Shown: positions 12,950 through 22,807, numbered from the stretch's first letter. The stretch is DNA of 64,000 bases from a bacterium (GCA_965218795.1 OZ244653.1:1792001-1856000), one strand, 5' to 3'. Numbers and translations are program-made. The notes: generated from the sequence alone by a model not told the origin.

Positions 12950-14398
12950 ATGAAAACCGCTACGTATACCCCCGATCTGCGAGGATTTGTCGAGTTCCTC
13001 GAAGAAAATCATCCCGATCAGGTAATCCGCATCAAGAAGGAGGTGGACCCCCGCTTCGGCGTGACAGGCATCATCGACCGGCTTGAAAAAGACAATCAAT
13101 TTCCGCTCGTGATATTCGAGAACGTCAAAGGCTCCTCCATCCCCTTGGTCGGTAACATGCACGCCAACTTCGATCGTCTCCGCCTTTCCTTGGGCATGGA
13201 AGACGGAACCGTCAAGGAGTTCCTCGATGAGTACCACAAGCGGGAGTCCCAACCCATCGAACCGGTTCTGGTGGATGACGGTCCCGTTCAGGAAGTGGTC
13301 AAAATCGGAGATGAGGTCGACGTCAACGAGCTCCCCATCTGCACGTACCACGAAAAAGACGGAGGCAAGTACATCACGGCCGGACTGGATCTGATGCGCG
13401 ACCCGGACAACAACGTCAACAACATCGGGATCTACCGCCTGATGGTCAAGGACCGAAACAGCTTCGGCGTTCAGATCTCCGAGACCGCCCACGGCAATTA
13501 CATCTGGAAAAAGTACGAAAAGCGCGGCCTGCCCTGTCCCATGGCCGTCGTCCTCGGGCATCACCCGGCCTTCTTCCTGGGCACGCTGAGCTTCACGCCA
13601 ATGGAAACCGATGAGCTCCACGTGGCGGGGGGCATGCTGCAAAGGCCGGTTGAGCTGGTGAAATGCAAGACCATCCCGCTGGAGGTGCCAGCCGACGCGG
13701 AGATCGTCCTGGAGTGCGAAATCCTGCCCCACATCCGCGAGGAGGAAGCGCCTTTTGGAGAGTATCCGGGGACGTACGGTCCCATGCGGATGAACCCGGT
13801 GGTCAAGGTGAAGGCTATCACTCACCGAAAGAACCCCCTCTACCAGAACGCTTTCGTCGGCCATCCGGATAATCTGCTGCTTTCGGGTCTGGTTCGGTCG
13901 ACGTTCATTAAAGACACGGTGAAAATCGCCTGTCCGACCGTGAAGGCGGTCCACATGCCCAGGGCCGGACGATTCCGTTTCATCTGTTACGTAGCCATCG
14001 AGACCATGATCGAAGGCGAGGCGAAGCAGGCAGCCATGGCCGCCTTCGTGGCGGATCCCTTCTTGAAATTCGTCGTTGTCGTGGACCATGACGTCGACAT
14101 CACCAGCGACACCGAAGTCCTGCACGCGATCGGCACGCGCGTCCGCGGGGACCATGACATTTTCATGGTCCCCTACTCCAAGGGCTCGCCTCTGGACCCG
14201 GCCTCCTATGACCCGGCGGGGGGATCGCACCTGGTCACAAAGGTGGGGATCGACGCCACCCGCAAGTCCAACTACCCCGATGAGATCTCCGTCCCCGGGG
14301 CTGATGAGATCAACCTGGCCGACTATATCGAGGGGTATGAGTCCTCGACGCTGGATCGAAGGGGGATGTACGGAACCGGCGCCGATCTTCCGTCATAA
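12950..14398 (+). CDS. UbiD family (prFMN-dependent) decarboxylase
   Basis: DLRGF..L, DGGKYIT, NIGIYRL, VPADAEIVLE, EAPFGEYPG, VVVVDHDVDI, TKVGIDAT. Confidence 0.95.
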   Translation: MKTATYTPDLRGFVEFLEENHPDQVIRIKKEVDPRFGVTGIIDRLEKDNQFPLVIFENVKGSSIPLVGNMHANFDRLRLSLGMEDGTVKEFLDEYHKRESQPIEPVLVDDGPVQEVVKIGDEVDVNELPICTYHEKDGGKYITAGLDLMRDPDNNVNNIGIYRLMVKDRNSFGVQISETAHGNYIWKKYEKRGLPCPMAVVLGHHPAFFLGTLSFTPMETDELHVAGGMLQRPVELVKCKTIPLEVPADAEIVLECEILPHIREEEAPFGEYPGTYGPMRMNPVVKVKAITHRKNPLYQNAFVGHPDNLLLSGLVRSTFIKDTVKIACPTVKAVHMPRAGRFRFICYVAIETMIEGEAKQAAMAAFVADPFLKFVVVVDHDVDITSDTEVLHAIGTRVRGDHDIFMVPYSKGSPLDPASYDPAGGSHLVTKVGIDATRKSNYPDEISVPGADEINLADYIEGYESSTLDRRGMYGTGADLPS

Positions 14399-14430
14399 GT
14401 TGTCAATCCTGAACCGGGAAAGGTGAGAAA

Positions 14431-15315
14431 GTGAGAAACTTCGAGTGGCTGGAACCGGATTCGGTCGCTGATGCCAGCCGGATGGTCCAGGAGAACGGCG
14501 AAGGGGCGAAGCTGATGGCCTCGGGAACCTCTCTCCTCCTGCTGATGCGGCAGCGTATCTTCAGTCCGTCCCACGTGGTGAGCCTGGACCGGGTCGACGG
14601 TCTCGATTTCATCGAGTTTGATGGAGGGGGCAATCTGCGGATCGGTGCGCGGACCAAGCACAGAACCATTGAGCACCACCCGGAGATTGCCGCCAAGTTT
14701 CCAATGATTCACGAGATGGCCCGTCGAGTGGCGAATCCTCAAATCCGCAACATGGCGACTATCGGCGGCAATCTGGTCCACAATGACCCCCAATCCGACC
14801 CCCCCGCCTGCTTTCTGGCAATGGATGCGACCATTCAGGCAACGCTCGGGAAAAAGGAGCGGGAGATTCCGATTGAAGAATTCTTTGTCGACTATTATGA
14901 AACCTGCCTGGAGCCCGGAGAGGTCCTGACGGAAATCCGCATCCCCGCCCATCCGGCGGGTTCGGTCGGGGTCTACACGCGCTTCACCACGACCCCGGCG
15001 GAGGATCGCCCCCTCCTCGGCGTCGGCATGGTATTGAGCATGGACGGCGATACGGTGGCCGACGCGCGGATCTCCCTCGGGGCCTCCACGGCGATTCCCG
15101 TGCGGGCGCGGGCTGCTGAAGAAGCGCTGAAGGGACAACCGGCCACCGAAGAAGTCTTTGCGAAAGCGGGTCAGGCGGCGTCGGACGAGGTGACTCCCTT
15201 GGATGATTTTCGGGGTTCTGCGGATTACCGGCACGAGATCATCAAGGTCATCGTCCGGCGAACGGGGATGCGCGCGCTGGAACGGGCGCGCGGCCAGGAA
15301 AGGGCAGGATTGTGA
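14431..15315 (+). CDS. xanthine dehydrogenase/CO dehydrogenase family FAD-binding subunit (CoxM-like)
   Basis: ASGTSLL, QIRNMATIGGNL...DP.SD, DFRGSADYR. Confidence 0.93.
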   Translation: MRNFEWLEPDSVADASRMVQENGEGAKLMASGTSLLLLMRQRIFSPSHVVSLDRVDGLDFIEFDGGGNLRIGARTKHRTIEHHPEIAAKFPMIHEMARRVANPQIRNMATIGGNLVHNDPQSDPPACFLAMDATIQATLGKKEREIPIEEFFVDYYETCLEPGEVLTEIRIPAHPAGSVGVYTRFTTTPAEDRPLLGVGMVLSMDGDTVADARISLGASTAIPVRARAAEEALKGQPATEEVFAKAGQAASDEVTPLDDFRGSADYRHEIIKVIVRRTGMRALERARGQERAGL

Positions 15316-15800
15316 AAAAACGGCTGATCACGCTCAGCGTCAACGGAGAGGAACACGAGATAGCGGTCGAGCCCCGGCGTCTCCTGGTGGAGGCCATTCG
15401 CGATGATTTAGGCCTGACGGGGACCAAGCGGGGTTGCGAGTCCGGCGTATGCGGCTGTTGCACCATCCTGGTGGATGGCGTCAACATCAAGTCCTGCCTG
15501 ACGCTGGCCCTCCAGGCCCAAGACAAGGAAATCACGACCATCGAGGGACTCCGCGGAGACGACGGCAAGCTCCATCCGATCCAGGAGGCTTACGTCAATT
15601 ACGGCGCCCTTCAGTGCGGTTACTGCACTCCGGGCTTCATCATGACCACCAAGGCGTTCCTCGACGAGAACCCCAAGCCGAGCGAAGCGGAAATCCGGGA
15701 GGGGCTCGGCGGGAATATCTGCCGGTGCACCGGCTATGTAAAAATCGTGGAGGCCATCCAGGCCGCATCCGGCCAGGAAGTGAAGCACGCGCACCACTGA
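15312..15800 (+). CDS. (2Fe-2S) small subunit (CoxS-like)
   Basis: GTKRGCESGVCGCCT..SC, QCGYCTPG, NICRCTGY. Confidence 0.95.
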   Translation: MKKRLITLSVNGEEHEIAVEPRRLLVEAIRDDLGLTGTKRGCESGVCGCCTILVDGVNIKSCLTLALQAQDKEITTIEGLRGDDGKLHPIQEAYVNYGALQCGYCTPGFIMTTKAFLDENPKPSEAEIREGLGGNICRCTGYVKIVEAIQAASGQEVKHAHH

Positions 15801-15845
15801 CGCACGGATGAAGGCTGACAACCTGCTCAACCGCGCCGGTTCCGG

Positions 15846-15882
15846 AAAAGGAGACCTTTTGTCTCGAAAGGTCTCCTTTTTT
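15846..15882. terminator. bidirectional-type Rho-independent terminator after coxS-like gene
   Basis: AAAAGGAGACCTTT-loop-AAAGGTCTCCTTTTTT perfect inverted repeat. Confidence 0.8.
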
Positions 15883-15899
15883 CTCATGGAGAGGGTCCG

Positions 15900-16679
15900 A
15901 TCCGACTGACTGTCCTGGGGGCCTACGGCAGCAGGTCCGAACAATGCCGTCCTATCTCCTTTCTTTTGAATGACACCATTCTGGTGGACGCCGGCTCGGC
16001 CGCATCCGCTCTCTCCATCGAATCGCAATCGGGCGTTCAGGACCTTCTGCTTTCTCACGCCCACATCGATCACGTGGCGGAGTTGTGCTTCCTGCTGGAT
16101 AACACATTCGATCGCCGCAACGAACCGCTCCGGCTCAGGTGTCTGAACGAAACCGACCAAGCGCTGCGGAATCATCTGTTCAACGGAAACCTTTGGCCGG
16201 ACCTGCTGGAGGAGGGTTTTGACGGTCCCCCGGTCCTGGCCATCCATCCGCTGGAGCCCGGCCGGCCGTTTACAGTCGGACCCGCCGGCGGCCAGGTGGA
16301 GGTCACCGCGATTCCTGTGAACCACGTCGTCCCCACGGTCGGATTCCTGCTCGCCGGGACGGGGGGCAGCCTGATTTATACCGCGGACACCGCCCCCACC
16401 CAGGCCATTTGGCAGGCGGCGGAAAACGTTCCGAACCCGATGGCGGTCATCACCGAGGCCTCATTTCCGAACGAAATGGAAGAGATCGCCCGAATCACCG
16501 GCCACATGACGCCCGTGATGGTTCAAGCGGAACTAAAAAAGATGCCCCCCGAAATACCGGTCTATCTGTTTCACGCCAAACCGCCCTATCTGGATGTGAT
16601 GCGAGAGCAGGTGGAAGCCCTGGGAGAGCCCCGCCTCAGGTGGCTCGAAGAAGGAAGAACGTATGATTTCGGGACCTGA
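15900..16679 (+). CDS. class II 3',5'-cyclic-nucleotide phosphodiesterase (MBL fold)
   Basis: VDAG, SHAHIDHV, NHLFN..WPD, VNH.VP, DTAPT, EASFPN, GHMTP, HAKP; frame stays open upstream to I-R-L-T-V-L-G-A-Y-G at ATC 15900 (start uncertain). Confidence 0.88.
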   Translation: MRLTVLGAYGSRSEQCRPISFLLNDTILVDAGSAASALSIESQSGVQDLLLSHAHIDHVAELCFLLDNTFDRRNEPLRLRCLNETDQALRNHLFNGNLWPDLLEEGFDGPPVLAIHPLEPGRPFTVGPAGGQVEVTAIPVNHVVPTVGFLLAGTGGSLIYTADTAPTQAIWQAAENVPNPMAVITEASFPNEMEEIARITGHMTPVMVQAELKKMPPEIPVYLFHAKPPYLDVMREQVEALGEPRLRWLEEGRTYDFGT

Positions 16680-16791
16680 AGGTCCGTGTCTGAACAAGTG
16701 CGGTGAAGCCGGCTGCTTGCAGGGTTCCCCTCCGGTTCCTCCCCCGTCGGCCCGGCAGACGCCCGCGTGACGAAAACTTCGAGCCAAGGAG

Positions 16792-17421
16792 ATGGCCGCT
16801 GTGAATGACCTGATTCGGCTGGGTGAAGACGAGCGGGCCCTCATCGCGGACAAGGGTTTTTTCGAACGGAAACTGGCCGTCAGCAACAAGATCAGAACCG
16901 TATTCGCCCAATTGAGGGACGACCTGGGCGCGCACATGAAGCCGGAGCGTTACCTGGCTCCGGAGCGTGTGGACTTCACGGAAGGGAAAATAAGCGGGGG
17001 GGAAAAACACTACGACCTCCCCTATCTCTTTTTGGATTTTCCGCGTCGGTTTTCCAGAGAAGCCATCTTCGCTTATCGGTCCATTTTTTGGTGGGGCCAT
17101 CACTTTCTGTTCACCCTCATTTTGTCGGGAGAGTGGCTGCCCGAGTACCGCGACCGGACCTTTCAGGGGTGGGAGGCCCTGGCCGTCCGAGGCGATTACG
17201 TCGCCGTGACGGACGATCCTTTCGAGTGGAGGCATCAGGACGAATTTTTTGAGGTCCTCCCGCCCGGGGGGCCTGGACCGCTCGAGGAAACCCTCCGAAA
17301 TCTCCCCTTCCTGAAGCTGATCACCTTTGTCCCTTTCAGCGACCCGAGGCTGGAAGCGGGCGCTCTGGTGCAAATCGGCCTGCAAACCTTCCGTGACTGG
17401 GAGTTTATTTTCACACGGTGA
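16792..17421 (+). CDS. conserved-looking hypothetical protein
   Basis: SD AAGGAG, host-like codon usage, aromatic motif KISGGE..DLPYLFLDFPR...RSIFWWGH. Confidence 0.7.
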   Translation: MAAVNDLIRLGEDERALIADKGFFERKLAVSNKIRTVFAQLRDDLGAHMKPERYLAPERVDFTEGKISGGEKHYDLPYLFLDFPRRFSREAIFAYRSIFWWGHHFLFTLILSGEWLPEYRDRTFQGWEALAVRGDYVAVTDDPFEWRHQDEFFEVLPPGGPGPLEETLRNLPFLKLITFVPFSDPRLEAGALVQIGLQTFRDWEFIFTR

Positions 17422-17467
17422 TCGGTGGGACATTCGGAATCCATCCTTTGCTTGCCGGTGAAGTCGA

Positions 17468-18559
17468 ATGAAGCTCGAGACCGACTTGATCGTGTCATCA
17501 GGCTTATCCCCTCACGTCGCCACGGCGGCCGACGCCTATCGGCTGGCCCAGGCCAATGAGCCATCCGCCGGCTCGGACGCCCCGAAACGGCCCCTCCTCC
17601 GGATCTATTCGCTCGAACGCCCGTCCATCTTGGTGGGGCGATATCAACCAATCCCCGAATCGCACCGGGTGGAGACGGGGGAAGGAGAAGCGCTCCCGGT
17701 CGGCCGCCGTCTCACCGGAGGCAGGGCCGTCCCCGCGGGGCCGGGATTCGCCGGGATCTCCCTGATTCTCCCCAGGGCTTGGGAGCTGACCGGTAACAAC
17801 CCCCGACGAATGATTTCGCCGGAGATCGTTGCCAACCGTTATTCCCGCGCCGTCATGACAGCGTTTCTACGTTTTGGCGTGAAAGTGACCTATCTAGGGA
17901 GAGACGCCCTGACCGCGGGAAAGAAAAAGATCGGTCTTGTCGGATTCACTTTCGCCGAATCGGGAGCCGTCCTGTTCGAATCTCACTTGGCGACCGGGGG
18001 CGATTTGGCGGGCTTGGAGGATACGCATCTTCCCGGTTCCGCAGCGTGGCAGCCGTTGCTTCCGGATCCGCCCACGACATCGCTCCAGGCCCAAGGGGGA
18101 GACGACGTAGGCCTCCGCGAGTTCGCCGATGCGGTCGTCATGGGGGCGGAGAGCAAGCTGGGCTTTTCCATCATTGAACGGGACTGGACGGCCGGGGAAC
18201 TACAGGGGATCACCCGAATTGGCGGAGAGTGGAAAAGAGATGATCGATGGATGGGCGACCGCACGCCCCGACCGGAAGAGAACCTCCGGGCGAAGGCCGG
18301 TATTCAACTCGGCCGCTTCTCCGTGGCCCTCGCCCGCCGACAGGATGGACGCATCGCTTCCGTGACCCTCGCGGGGGACTTTCTTTCAGAGGACCGGACC
18401 GTCTCCGAGCTGGAAGAGTCCTTCCAAGGATTGCCCCTGGATTGGAACACCCTGGCCTCGGCCACGGATCGGGTCTTGAACCGGCCCGGACGGTTTCTGT
18501 TGGGGATGAGCCGGCGGCGGACCCTGGCGGATACCCTCATGCAGGCAGCCGCCGCGTAG
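17468..18559 (+). CDS. lipoate--protein ligase A family protein
   Basis: ILVGRYQ, RRLTGGRAV, GKKKIG, C-terminal LAGDFL domain. Confidence 0.8.
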   Translation: MKLETDLIVSSGLSPHVATAADAYRLAQANEPSAGSDAPKRPLLRIYSLERPSILVGRYQPIPESHRVETGEGEALPVGRRLTGGRAVPAGPGFAGISLILPRAWELTGNNPRRMISPEIVANRYSRAVMTAFLRFGVKVTYLGRDALTAGKKKIGLVGFTFAESGAVLFESHLATGGDLAGLEDTHLPGSAAWQPLLPDPPTTSLQAQGGDDVGLREFADAVVMGAESKLGFSIIERDWTAGELQGITRIGGEWKRDDRWMGDRTPRPEENLRAKAGIQLGRFSVALARRQDGRIASVTLAGDFLSEDRTVSELEESFQGLPLDWNTLASATDRVLNRPGRFLLGMSRRRTLADTLMQAAAA

Positions 18560-18643
18560 CCCGCCGCTGTACCAGGTTCCCCCGGAAACAAAGAAGCCCC
18601 CCATCCATATTGGGACGGAGGGCTCGAAAGATTCAGGCGGGTT

Positions 18644-18946
18644 TTACTGGCGGAAGCGCGAAAGGTCCGGCGTCAGGTTCGCCAAATCCGGGATGTCGGC
18701 GTCCGGATGGATCTCCTTGGCCCGGGCGAGCAGCAGTTCCTCGTCCTCCTCATTATTGGGATCGGGAACACAACAGTCGACCGGGCAGACGACCGCGCAT
18801 TGCTCCTCGTCGTGAAAACCGACACACTCGGTGCAGGTATTCGGGTCGATGACGAAAATATCCTCTCCCTCGCTGATGGCCTCATTCGGGCATTCGGGCT
18901 CGCAAACTCCGCAATTGATGCATTCGTCGGTGATCATCGTGGCCAT
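18644..18946 (-). CDS. YfhL-type 2x[4Fe-4S] ferredoxin
   Basis: CINCGVCEPECP and CTECVGFH..EQCAVVCPVDC. Confidence 0.95.
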   Translation of the reverse strand: MATMITDECINCGVCEPECPNEAISEGEDIFVIDPNTCTECVGFHDEEQCAVVCPVDCCVPDPNNEEDEELLLARAKEIHPDADIPDLANLTPDLSRFRQ

Positions 18947-19036
18947 GGGCAATCTCTCCTCACTGGGGCGGGGCGAAAAAACGGTCCCCAAGCTTCGCCT
19001 TCAAGCAGCGTAGCGCCTTCTGAACCGCTCTGTTCT

Positions 19037-19065
19037 TATATATGGCCGCCAAAAAACCGTGTCAA
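19037..19065 (-). promoter_or_regulatory. putative sigma70 promoter of ferredoxin
   Basis: minus strand TTGACA-N17-TATATA. Confidence 0.6.
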
Positions 19066-19152
19066 TTCGCCACAGTCAGTGGGGCCTTTCTCTTCCCTCC
19101 CCCTTCTGGTTGAAGAGGGAAGAGATTCGAACCCATTCACTGAAGCGGCGGG

Positions 19153-20160
19153 TCACCCCGCGTCGGGGGACCCGGCCGCCTTCACGACACCTTCCTCCCG
19201 CTCCTTCTCAAAATGCTGGATGATGGACTGCAGGATCTCTTCCAGCCGCATCGTCGGTTCCCACCCGAGCTGCGCCCGGATTTTCCCGACGTCCGGGACC
19301 CGCTGCTTCATGTCTTCGAATCCCTCGCCGTACGCCTCTCCGTACGAAACAAACTGAATCTCGGAATCGCTTTCGGTCATCTCTTTCACCCGGTGCGCGA
19401 GGTCGGCAATCGTGATCTCCTCGGGGTTACCGATGTTAAAAACCTGTCCTGTCGCATCTGGATTATCCATCAGACCCATCTGGGCGCGTATCGAATCCCT
19501 GACGTGGCAGAAGCACCGGGTCTGGCTCCCGTCCCCGAAGACACGGATGGGCCGGCCTTCCAGGGCAGCCTGGACGAAACTGGGGATGACCATTCCGTAC
19601 ATTCCCGTCTGGCGCGGGCCCACGGTGTTGAAGAGCCGGACGATGACGACCGGCAGTTGATACTCATTCCAATAGGCCAGGGCGAGAAACTCATCCAGTG
19701 TCTTCGTGTTGGCATAGGCCCACCGGTACTTCATAACGGAGCCCATCACCCGATCGTCGTCCTCACGCAGGGGGCCGGAACTGTTTTTTCCATAGACCTC
19801 CGAAGTCGACGCCATCAAAATTTTCTTTCTGTGCCGGTGCACGGCCTTGAGAACCACCTCGGTGCCCCAGACGTTGGTCTCAATCGTTTCGACGGGCTTT
19901 TCCATGATGAGCCGAACGCCCACCGCCGCCGCCAGGTGATACACATGGTCGGCGCGGCCGACCAGTTCATCCACCAGGGCCTCGTCCCTGATGGAACCTT
20001 CGATCCACTCCACATCAGAACGTTCGAGCAAATGCTCGACATTCTTGAGGGCCCCCGTGGAAAGATTGTCGAGGAGGATGACCCGATCCCCCCGGGCGAG
20101 TATCGCCTCGGTCAAATGGGACCCGATGAATCCGGCGCCCCCGGTCAGCAGTATTTGCAT
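19153..20160 (-). CDS. NAD-dependent nucleotide-sugar epimerase/dehydratase
   Basis: TGGAGFIGSHL, HLAAAVGV, ASTSEVYG, YANTK, RLFNTVGPRQ; start at MQILL. Confidence 0.93.
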   Translation of the reverse strand: MQILLTGGAGFIGSHLTEAILARGDRVILLDNLSTGALKNVEHLLERSDVEWIEGSIRDEALVDELVGRADHVYHLAAAVGVRLIMEKPVETIETNVWGTEVVLKAVHRHRKKILMASTSEVYGKNSSGPLREDDDRVMGSVMKYRWAYANTKTLDEFLALAYWNEYQLPVVIVRLFNTVGPRQTGMYGMVIPSFVQAALEGRPIRVFGDGSQTRCFCHVRDSIRAQMGLMDNPDATGQVFNIGNPEEITIADLAHRVKEMTESDSEIQFVSYGEAYGEGFEDMKQRVPDVGKIRAQLGWEPTMRLEEILQSIIQHFEKEREEGVVKAAGSPDAG

Positions 20161-20262
20161 GAAGCCTGTCTCCGGAACATGAGAGAAGGGCGGGAACAGA
20201 CTGTCCACCGCCCCTGAATCATTCCAATGTATTCTAGGGTCGTCGCGGCCGTCCGGCAACCC

Positions 20263-21507
20263 CTAGCCACCCCGGTAGAGGGCCGTCAGGTCCGCCACCA
20301 GACGCTCGATGCCAAAATGTTCCAAGACGTAATCCCGCCCCGCCGTTGCGCGCGTGAGGTTTCGCTCCGGGAGCTCCCGTATCTCGCGAAGGGCAGCCGC
20401 CAATCCCGCGGGATCCCGGGGGGAAACGATCCATCCCCGTTCCGCGGCAGCGAACGATCCCAAAGGGGGATTTCCTTTCTCCCCCCACCCAAGCAGATCG
20501 GGGACGCCTCCCACGCCGGTCGCCACGATCGGACGCGACGCCGCCATCGCCTCGATGAGGGAAACGGGCGTTCCCTCGTTCAGGGAGCAGAGGACGACCG
20601 CGTCCGTTTCGCGATACATCCGGGGAAGGTCGAAACGCCAACCCGCAAAGTGGGCGCGGCCCGTCGGGAGCAGGTCCGCCGCCCGGCGCTCCAGCGAAGA
20701 CCGCAGTTCGCCGTCGCCCACGATCAGAAGGTGGAGGTCCATGCCCTCGTCGATCAACATGCGGCCGGCCTCGAAGAAAGTTTCATGATCCTTGATAGGG
20801 ACCAGGCGGCCGACGGTCCCCGCAACGAACGCCTCGGGAGGAATTCCAAGAGAACGGCGGAATGTCGCATCGCCTCCATCCCCTTTCCCGTATCCCGACC
20901 CGGCGAATTCACTCAACTCCAATCCAAGGGGGACGACACTGATCTTTTCGCGGGACGCGACCCGGAAGCCCTCGAGCTCACCCCGGAGCCCTTCGCTCAG
21001 CGTGATGACGCAGGTCGAAACCGAGGCGAGGATCCGCTCCATCCAACGGAAGACCCGTGTCTTCAACGGGCCAAAATAGCCATGCAGCACATGGCCGTGG
21101 AAGGTATGAAAGATTTTCAGCCCGCGGCCGCCGGGCGTCGTCCAGCGATAGACCCAACCGGCCAGACGGCCCAGGGCGCCGGCCTTGGCCGTATGCGTAT
21201 GGAGGATATCCGGACGCTCTTTGCGAAGAAGGCGAAGGATCTCCCGGAACGCCACCCAGTCGTCGCTCGCCCGGATCTCCCTTCCCAGCTCCGGGATGAA
21301 GAGAAATTCCACGCCGCGGCTCCTGGCGAGGACTTCCATCGTTCCTTCCGTTTCCGACTCGGCGCCCTTGACGAGAATTGTCCGAAAGGGCCCGTCGTTC
21401 ATCTTTTCGGTCAGGTAGATGACATGCCGGGCGGGCCCACCGATGTTCAGGCGGGCAATGACACGGACGATCTTCAGGAGACGCGGGGCGTCAGGCGGCT
21501 TCGTCAT
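20263..21507 (-). CDS. glycosyltransferase family 4
   Basis: IARLNIGGPA, HTHTAKAG, GRLVPIKD, SLNEGTPVSLIEAMAA. Confidence 0.93.
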   Translation of the reverse strand: MTKPPDAPRLLKIVRVIARLNIGGPARHVIYLTEKMNDGPFRTILVKGAESETEGTMEVLARSRGVEFLFIPELGREIRASDDWVAFREILRLLRKERPDILHTHTAKAGALGRLAGWVYRWTTPGGRGLKIFHTFHGHVLHGYFGPLKTRVFRWMERILASVSTCVITLSEGLRGELEGFRVASREKISVVPLGLELSEFAGSGYGKGDGGDATFRRSLGIPPEAFVAGTVGRLVPIKDHETFFEAGRMLIDEGMDLHLLIVGDGELRSSLERRAADLLPTGRAHFAGWRFDLPRMYRETDAVVLCSLNEGTPVSLIEAMAASRPIVATGVGGVPDLLGWGEKGNPPLGSFAAAERGWIVSPRDPAGLAAALREIRELPERNLTRATAGRDYVLEHFGIERLVADLTALYRGG

Positions 21508-21561
21508 CGATCCTTATCGTGGACCCGGTGGGAACGGACAATCTCCGGTCGACTGGATGGA

Positions 21562-22113
21562 TCAGCCCGCGGGGAGAACACCCAGCCAGGAGGCCAATCG
21601 AAAATAGACGAACATCTGTACGAACATAGAGATCAGCCAAATCCCGAACGCGCGGAAGGTGCTGCGGAAATTCAACGACTGCCGAATCGCGATGACATCG
21701 GCCATCATCACCCAAACGAAGCCGATGAAGAAGATCAAACCGGAGATATCGGGAAAGAAGCTGAGAATCAGGATCAGGCCGGGGGCGCTGGAAAAGCCGA
21801 TCGCCCGAAGAACGCCGCCGATCTCTCCCTGGGCGCCGGGTTCGGGAAAGACTTTGGTCCCCAGCCCATAGGCCATGCCGGCGCCCAGGTACCACAACCC
21901 GATGTTCAGGAGAACGTGAATCAGAATGGCCTCGAAACCGTCCGCCTGTCCCAGGGAGGAAGCCAAGGTGGCCAAAACGACGACGGCCATCGCCTGTCCC
22001 GTCGCATCCGCGTCGGCTTTGACCTCATCGAAGAGGGCCGCCTCCAGCTTCGCGGCCCGCCACATCCGGACACCGAAACCGGATTGCTCATCGGTCGATT
22101 CCATGCTCGTCAT
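21562..22113 (-). CDS. Yip1-like membrane protein
   Basis: RAAKL..FDEV.AD...QAM, GFSSAPGL, IAIRQSL; about 5 TM segments; paralog of the neighbour. Confidence 0.75.
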   Translation of the reverse strand: MTSMESTDEQSGFGVRMWRAAKLEAALFDEVKADADATGQAMAVVVLATLASSLGQADGFEAILIHVLLNIGLWYLGAGMAYGLGTKVFPEPGAQGEIGGVLRAIGFSSAPGLILILSFFPDISGLIFFIGFVWVMMADVIAIRQSLNFRSTFRAFGIWLISMFVQMFVYFRLASWLGVLPAG

Positions 22114-22255
22114 TTTTCCGGGTGTAGGTCCTTTTCCATTTCTGGACGCTCCTCACGGGGAACCTTCATCCGTTGGAAGACCGGCGGCGATGATGCAAAC
22201 CGGTCTTTCCGCTGACCGAAGCCAGCTGTCAAGGATCGCTGGGAAAACGTGGATG

Positions 22256-22807
22256 CTACACTCCCCGCGAAAATCCTCCTATCAAGCTCATGAGAAGGCC
22301 GAACACGAGAAGCTGGATCACGAAACCGATGACGCAGACGCCGATGGCCCGGCCGGTACTCTTGTAATCAAGGGCCTGACGAATGGCGATGACCATCGCG
22401 ACGATCATCCAGAGGGCCGACACAAAGAAGACGATCGTCCGAATGGGCGGGATGATTCCCAGTACCCGGATAAGGCCCGGCGCGCTGGAAAAACCCGTCG
22501 TGCGCAGGAGTTCGCCGATGTCCGCATTCGTCTGGGGCTCGGGCAGGAGCCGGGTGCCGATCCAGAAGGTCAACAGGGCCCAGACGTACCAAGTAACGAG
22601 GGAGATGAGGGTCTCGATGACCATCCCCCCCAGGCCCATGCGAAATCCGGCCCCGATTCCTGCGGCGAGACTTGCGAGGATGACCGTTCCCATCGCCTGA
22701 GGGAGAGTCTCGATGTCCGCTTCCACTTCTTCGTAGAAATTCACTTCCAGCCTAGCGGCCCGGACGAGGCGTTCACCGAACCTCGACCACATCCCGGCTG
22801 TTTCCAT
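22256..22807 (-). CDS. Yip1-like membrane protein
   Basis: RAARL...YEEVEAD...QAM, GFSSAPGL, IAIRQALDY. Confidence 0.8.
   Translation of the reverse strand: METAGMWSRFGERLVRAARLEVNFYEEVEADIETLPQAMGTVILASLAAGIGAGFRMGLGGMVIETLISLVTWYVWALLTFWIGTRLLPEPQTNADIGELLRTTGFSSAPGLIRVLGIIPPIRTIVFFVSALWMIVAMVIAIRQALDYKSTGRAIGVCVIGFVIQLLVFGLLMSLIGGFSRGV

Noticed and set aside
12926-15234. Long antisense ORFs over ubiD/coxM
   Set aside because: Shadow frames of well-supported genes.
20227-22215. 662-aa + strand ORF
   Set aside because: Antisense to the GT4 and Yip1-like genes; no recognisable domain.
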